Shown here: positions 30,793-35,424 of the stretch, in pieces
Numbering within the stretch: the stretch's first letter is position 1
Layout: each line of letters starts with the position of its first letter
Origin: Bacteroidota bacterium
GTDB lineage: Bacteria > Bacteroidota > Bacteroidia > J057
Direction of reading: 5' to 3'
NCBI GenBank assembly: GCA_043751755.1
Contig: JAYUZN010000717.1
Span: 1 to 35,424, forward strand
DNA: 35,424 bases
Notes under the pieces: model-generated
What the model was told of the DNA's origin: nothing
What the model saw: only the letters and a program-made list of their open reading frames with translations
Databases searched by the model: none
Translations under genes and position numbers: made by a program

Positions 30793-31911
30793 ATGATATA
30801 CTTAGACTACAACGCCACAACGCCTACAGATGAGCGGGTATTAGCCGAAATGCTGCCCTATTTTTCCCAAAAATTTGGCAATGCCGCAAGCAATTCCCAC
30901 AGCTTGGGTTGGACAGCTTCCGAAGCCGTAAAGCAAGCAAGAGAGCAGGTGGCGGCTGCGATTGGCGCAACGCCTTCCGAAATCATCTTCACTTCGGGCG
31001 CAACAGAAGCCATAAACCTTGCGCTCAAAGGCATGGCAGAAAGCTATGCAGCCGTAGGAAATCACATAATTACCTGCCAAACAGAACACAAGGCAGTCTT
31101 GGATACTTGTGCCTATTTGGAAGAAAAAGGCTTGAATATCACCTATTTACCTGTAAATGAAAATGGCTTGATAGATTTGCAGGAATTGAAAAATGCCTTT
31201 ACGCCCCAAACTTTTTTGGTGTGCATCATGTATGCCAATAACGAAACGGGCGTTTTGCAGCCTATCGCAGAAATTGCTGAAATAACACACGAAAAAGGGG
31301 CTATTTTTATGTCGGATTGCGTGCAAGCTGTTGGGAAAATCCCTATGAATGTGCAGGATTTAGGCATAGATGTGATGCCCCTTTCTGCCCATAAATGCTA
31401 CGGACCCAAAGGCGTAGGGGCTTTGTATATCCGCCGCAGAAGTCCGCGCGTGAGCATGACGGCTTTGTTGCATGGGGGTGGACACGAAAAGGGCTTGCGA
31501 AGTGGGACACTCAATGTTCCGGGCATTGTAGGCTTGGGAAAGGCTATAGAAATTGGGGTAAATGACTTTTCTCAAGCTGTTTTTTTGCAAAAAATGAGGG
31601 ATAATTTAGAGGAAAAGTTGCTTGCATTTCCGCAAGTGCTGCGAAATGGCGATAAAGACCTGCGTCTCCCACACGTTTCAAACCTCTCTTTTGGCAGCCA
31701 CAAAGCGGATACTTTCATTATGAAAATGCCACAAATAGCCCTTTCAACGGGTTCTGCCTGCACATCTGCCCTCATTTCGCCGTCGCATGTCTTGGCAGCT
31801 ATGGGCTTTTCGGACGAAAGATGCTATGCGTCTATTCGTTTTTCGTTGGGAAAATATACGACACAGGCAGAGATAGACAAGGTCGTGGAAAGCATTTCTG
31901 CTTATTTGTAA
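30793..31911 (+). CDS. cysteine desulfurase (IscS/NifS class)
   Basis: 372 aa. It has 'IYLDYNATTP', the PLP-lysine motif 'SAHKCYGPKG' and the catalytic Cys loop 'STGSACTS'. Confidence 0.9.
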   Translation: MIYLDYNATTPTDERVLAEMLPYFSQKFGNAASNSHSLGWTASEAVKQAREQVAAAIGATPSEIIFTSGATEAINLALKGMAESYAAVGNHIITCQTEHKAVLDTCAYLEEKGLNITYLPVNENGLIDLQELKNAFTPQTFLVCIMYANNETGVLQPIAEIAEITHEKGAIFMSDCVQAVGKIPMNVQDLGIDVMPLSAHKCYGPKGVGALYIRRRSPRVSMTALLHGGGHEKGLRSGTLNVPGIVGLGKAIEIGVNDFSQAVFLQKMRDNLEEKLLAFPQVLRNGDKDLRLPHVSNLSFGSHKADTFIMKMPQIALSTGSACTSALISPSHVLAAMGFSDERCYASIRFSLGKYTTQAEIDKVVESISAYL

Positions 31912-31916
31912 TTTTC

Positions 31917-32116
31917 CGACAGATTTTGCAGATAAGTAGAAATTAGGAATTATCTAATTGTATTTTGCCTTACCTGTAGCTTAGGCTTTAGCCTGAGCAT
32001 CTCAAAATTTGCCCGTTTCTGTGCAACGCAAGCTAAAGCATGCGCTACACACAAAGCAAATAAAAACGGCTTTTCATCTGCGAAATCTGCTGTTATTTGC
32101 GGAAATCTGCGGGAAC
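31917..32116. repeat. GCAGAT-family inverted arms filling the cysteine desulfurase/proC spacer
   Basis: The left arm is 'CCGACAGATTTTGCAGATAAG'. The right arm is 'CATCTGCGAAATCTGCTGTTATTTGCGGAAATCTGCGGGAAC'. Confidence 0.7.
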
Positions 32117-32121
32117 TACCC

Positions 32122-32129
32122 TATCTTTG
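32122..32129 (+). promoter_or_regulatory. -7 box TATCTTTG upstream of proC
   Basis: TAnnTTTG only 4 nt before the ATG at 32134. This would imply a leaderless or near-leaderless mRNA, so confidence is low. Confidence 0.3.
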
Positions 32130-32133
32130 CGCC

Positions 32134-32934
32134 ATGATAAACAACCAGAAAATAACCATTATTGGCGGCGGAAATTTGGGGCTTGCCATAGCCTTAGGCT
32201 TGGTCAAAAGCGGCGATATTTTGCCCGAAAATATTACCATAACGCGCAGACATATAGAATCCATACAATTCCTGACCGAAAAAGGACTTTCTATTACCTC
32301 CAATAACATAGAAGCTGCAAGCAAGGCAGATATAATTTTGCTTGCTATAAAGCCCTATCAAATTGCCGCTGTTTTGGCGGAAATACAGCCTGTTTTGACT
32401 GAAAATCAACTCCTTATCTCGGTCGTTTCGAGTGTGAGTATGGTGGATATTGCGGAGATTGTGAAGGTAAAAATGCCTATTTTTAGGGCAATGCCTAACA
32501 CTGCGATTGCCATTCAGCAAAGCATGACTTGTATAAGTTATTTGAATACGACAAACGAGCAAAATGAAAAGGTCTTGGCGATTTTTAAGCAATTGGGCGA
32601 GGCGATTGTGATTGACGAGGATTTGATGGAAGCAGCTACGGTCTTAGGGGCTTGCGGAACGGCTTATGCCATGCGTTATATTCGTGCAAATATTCAAGGA
32701 GGGATTGAAATTGGCTTTTCGGCGCATATTGCAAGGCTGATTGCAGCACAAACCGTCAAAGGGGCGGCGGAATTGCTGCTTCAAAATGGCACACATCCCG
32801 AAAGTGAAATAGACAAGGTAACTACGCCGAAGGGCTGCACGATTGCAGGTTTGAACGAAATGGAGCATCAAGGCTTCAGTTCTTCTTTGATTCGTGGGCT
32901 TGTGGCGAGCTACCAAAAAATTAGGAAGGATTGA
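32134..32934 (+). CDS. proC: pyrroline-5-carboxylate reductase
   Basis: 266 aa. It has the Rossmann motif 'ITIIGGGNLG', 'AIKPYQI' and the C-terminal 'VTTPKGCTIAGL' signature. Confidence 0.9.
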   Translation: MINNQKITIIGGGNLGLAIALGLVKSGDILPENITITRRHIESIQFLTEKGLSITSNNIEAASKADIILLAIKPYQIAAVLAEIQPVLTENQLLISVVSSVSMVDIAEIVKVKMPIFRAMPNTAIAIQQSMTCISYLNTTNEQNEKVLAIFKQLGEAIVIDEDLMEAATVLGACGTAYAMRYIRANIQGGIEIGFSAHIARLIAAQTVKGAAELLLQNGTHPESEIDKVTTPKGCTIAGLNEMEHQGFSSSLIRGLVASYQKIRKD

Positions 32935-33364
32935 CCGTTGGGTTGTTTTTTCAAACTGAACAAAGGCTGTACTTCATTTTCATCGAAAAACTGTTTTTTA
33001 CATAATTAGAAAACGTTGAATCTTGAGTTAAAGATAAGAAACCTGCGAAAATAAGCCAAATCCTATCCTTTTCTTACCTATCAAAAAAGTGAACAAATAG
33101 GCTATTTATTACATTAAAAAAAGCGCATTTTAGAATATATAAATATTCTAAAATGTGCATATTTATGTAGTATATTTATGATATATCTATAATTTATATA
33201 ATATGTACTATTATTTTAGTGTAATATCAGATTCTCAATACTTTTTGGCATATATTTTGTAAATACAATAAAACGTAGCAAAATACGTAAAATCTAACTT
33301 TTCTATATTCGTTCTTGGAGTACTTTTTTTAGACAGAACAATCTCTCAATTATTATTTTGTATC

Positions 33365-35424
33365 ATGCGACCAACAACCACTTTCTTTTTATTTTTCATT
33401 TTTTGTGTTTCTGTTAAAGCAAATCATATTTTTATAACAAACAATGGCAATGGCACAAAGGCGGGCAATAGCTGGGCAAATGCCAAAGAAGGAGCGACTT
33501 CTTTAAACAGCCTTATTGCAGCAGCAAATGCAGGCGATTCTTTATTTATTGCAGAAGGGCAGTATATTCCGAGCGCAAATATCAATGTGGCTGCGGCTAT
33601 CAATCTCAAATCGGGCGTGAGCCTTTTTGGGGGCTTTCCAACGCCTTCTGCCAACATGCTCAACCCTACTTGGGCAAATAGAAATGCCCATTTGTATCCT
33701 ACTATCTTGTCGGGCGACATTGACAATAACGACTGGGATAGCGACAATGACCCTTATACACAAATCGCAGATGACATCATAGGTTCAAATAGCAACAATG
33801 TGCTTATTCTTCCTGCGGCAACCGCAAATGTCCTTGTGGACGGGTTTATTATTTCGGGGGGAGATGCGAAAACGGGCAATGGCGGCGGAATTTACAGTGA
33901 TTACAATGCTGCAGTTACCTTCAAAAACTGTTTTATAACAGGCAACAAAGGCACTCAAGGCGGCGGATTGTACAACTACTTTTCTCACCCTAATTCTTTG
34001 GTTATAGGCTGCACTTTTTCAGGCAATTTTGCCAATGACGGCGGGGCTGTTTTTAACCACGCAAATTCAAAAACGGCTTTCAAAAAATGTATTTTTTCTG
34101 AAAATATAGCGAATAACAATGGCGGTGCAATCGCCAACAACTATTCAAGTGTTATTACTATTAGCGGCAGTATTATCAACAATAACACAGCAGCTTTTGG
34201 CGGCGGAATTTACAACTATACTTCTTCTATCAATATTTTAAATAATGTAATCGTAGAAAACAATGGCACAAATGGTGGCGGAATTTACAATTACAATTCT
34301 TCTACCCTTATTTCAAACTGCACAATAGCAGGCAATTACGTAGTTTCAAATGGCGGCGGCATCACAAATGCAGGCAATAGTTCGCCCAAAATCAGAAACA
34401 GCATTTTGTCTGGAAATGCCACAAATGATATGTGGAATATGGCTGCTTTTACGCCTTTACTTTACAACTCTATCGTTTCTATCTATAATAACAATGTCTG
34501 CACAAGCTGCCCTGGCAATGCTGGACACACAGACCCACAATTTGTAAACCTTGCAAACGCAAAAGGCGCGGATAATATTTGGATGACAAATGATGATGGT
34601 TTGCGCTTGAAGCCCTGTTCGCCGGCTATCAATGCTGGCAACAATTTGTTGATTCCTGCGAGCATCACGACTGATGCAAAAGGCGTTGCGCGTGTTCAAC
34701 AAATCATTGTGGATTTGGGGGCGTATGAGATGTTGGATTTTGGTGGTGCAGGCTACAATTCTACAACAGATGCTGCTAATCAAAGCCTTATGGCAAACGA
34801 AGAATGTATAGATGCAAATGGCTGGACACATTATTACGATACAACGAGCAAAAAAGTAGTGCTTTCTTTGTTCAAAAATGGCTATGATATTGGCAGCATA
34901 AATGACGGGGTTTTTACGGTTTCGTCTAATACAACCAACAATTATGGCACAGGTCAAGGCACAATTATCAATGCTCCTTATACTTTAACAGGCGACTTTG
35001 TAGCCATGAATCGTTGGTGGAATGTAACGCCTCACCCACAACTTCCGCTTGGAAATACAGGCGTGAAAGTGCGCACTTATTTTACAAATGCAGATACAAC
35101 AGATGTAAATGGCTCTATTCCCGGCATTAACAATGATATTACGATTCCTGAACTTCATTTCTACAAAATAAACGACTATAACACAAGCCTCAATCCTGAC
35201 GGAAACCCTGCTACAGCGGACGCACATGCAGGGGTAGATATGGCACAGGCTTACGATGAACCCGGCTACTGGCAATATGATTTTGGGGTAACTTCTTCTA
35301 CTTCTACTTGGGCTTTGGGCAAGTTCAACAACTTGAAATTTGCAGAGTACGAAATCGCAAAATTTTCGGGTGGCGGCGGCGGGTTTTCGGGCGCAAAAGG
35401 GCAGGTTTTTCCTGTAGAATTATT
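33365..35424 (+). CDS. secreted right-handed parallel beta-helix repeat protein (partial, open at 3' window edge)
   Basis: This ORF is not in the ORF track because it has no stop. I translated it by hand from the ATG at 33365 to the window end (about 686 codons) and found no stop. It has the signal-like 'MRPTTTFFLFFIFCVSVKA', repeated 'N.GGGIYN' units every 22-25 aa, and a 'TDAKGVARV...DLGAYE' cap motif. Confidence 0.75.
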   Translation, partial: MRPTTTFFLFFIFCVSVKANHIFITNNGNGTKAGNSWANAKEGATSLNSLIAAANAGDSLFIAEGQYIPSANINVAAAINLKSGVSLFGGFPTPSANMLNPTWANRNAHLYPTILSGDIDNNDWDSDNDPYTQIADDIIGSNSNNVLILPAATANVLVDGFIISGGDAKTGNGGGIYSDYNAAVTFKNCFITGNKGTQGGGLYNYFSHPNSLVIGCTFSGNFANDGGAVFNHANSKTAFKKCIFSENIANNNGGAIANNYSSVITISGSIINNNTAAFGGGIYNYTSSINILNNVIVENNGTNGGGIYNYNSSTLISNCTIAGNYVVSNGGGITNAGNSSPKIRNSILSGNATNDMWNMAAFTPLLYNSIVSIYNNNVCTSCPGNAGHTDPQFVNLANAKGADNIWMTNDDGLRLKPCSPAINAGNNLLIPASITTDAKGVARVQQIIVDLGAYEMLDFGGAGYNSTTDAANQSLMANEECIDANGWTHYYDTTSKKVVLSLFKNGYDIGSINDGVFTVSSNTTNNYGTGQGTIINAPYTLTGDFVAMNRWWNVTPHPQLPLGNTGVKVRTYFTNADTTDVNGSIPGINNDITIPELHFYKINDYNTSLNPDGNPATADAHAGVDMAQAYDEPGYWQYDFGVTSSTSTWALGKFNNLKFAEYEIAKFSGGGGGFSGAKGQVFPVEL

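Noticed and set aside
33424-34957. Minus-strand ORFs 33424-33747, 33542-33763, 33785-33988 and 34457-34957
   Set aside because: These are antisense to the long open plus-strand frame (33365 to the window end), which has clear beta-helix repeats and a signal peptide. They are shadow ORFs.
1-35424. tRNA, rRNA, transposase, integrase or prophage genes
   Set aside because: I saw no cloverleaf-like T-arm words (GGTTCGAA-type) and no rRNA-like stretches in the intergenic regions. No ORF has recombinase or transposase motifs. The repeats appear non-autonomous.

Overview
This is a Bacteroidota-type chromosomal segment. The evidence is a Por/T9SS C-terminal sorting domain, a GEVED-domain protein, and TAnnTTTG -7 promoter boxes upstream of many genes. 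I cannot name the genus. About 30 genes are present, and most are housekeeping: ddl, rpmF plus yceD-like, trxA, an acyl-CoA carboxyltransferase, purC, pyrR-like, a SerB-SerA fusion, prmA, an ECF sigma factor, a cysteine desulfurase and proC. There are also several secreted or surface proteins, including a 900-aa T9SS cargo and a beta-helix protein that is open at the 3' window edge and absent from the ORF track. No tRNA, rRNA, CRISPR array, transposase or integrase was found. Two features stand out. (1) Two visibly AT-rich two-gene cassettes sit between core genes, each with its own promoter box. One is a divergent Ras-like P-loop NTPase plus a small two-TM protein (29440-30744). The other is a catalytically intact EEP-family nuclease/phosphatase translationally coupled to an acidic 149-aa protein (20889-22162). 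I do not recognise either as a named system, and both are candidates for uncharacterised defence or toxin-type modules. (2) Almost every intergenic region is filled with at least six families of short structured repeats. Several sit exactly at gene boundaries and even encode the last codons and stop codon of unrelated genes. A lipocalin/CrtC-like gene carries an in-frame TGA.
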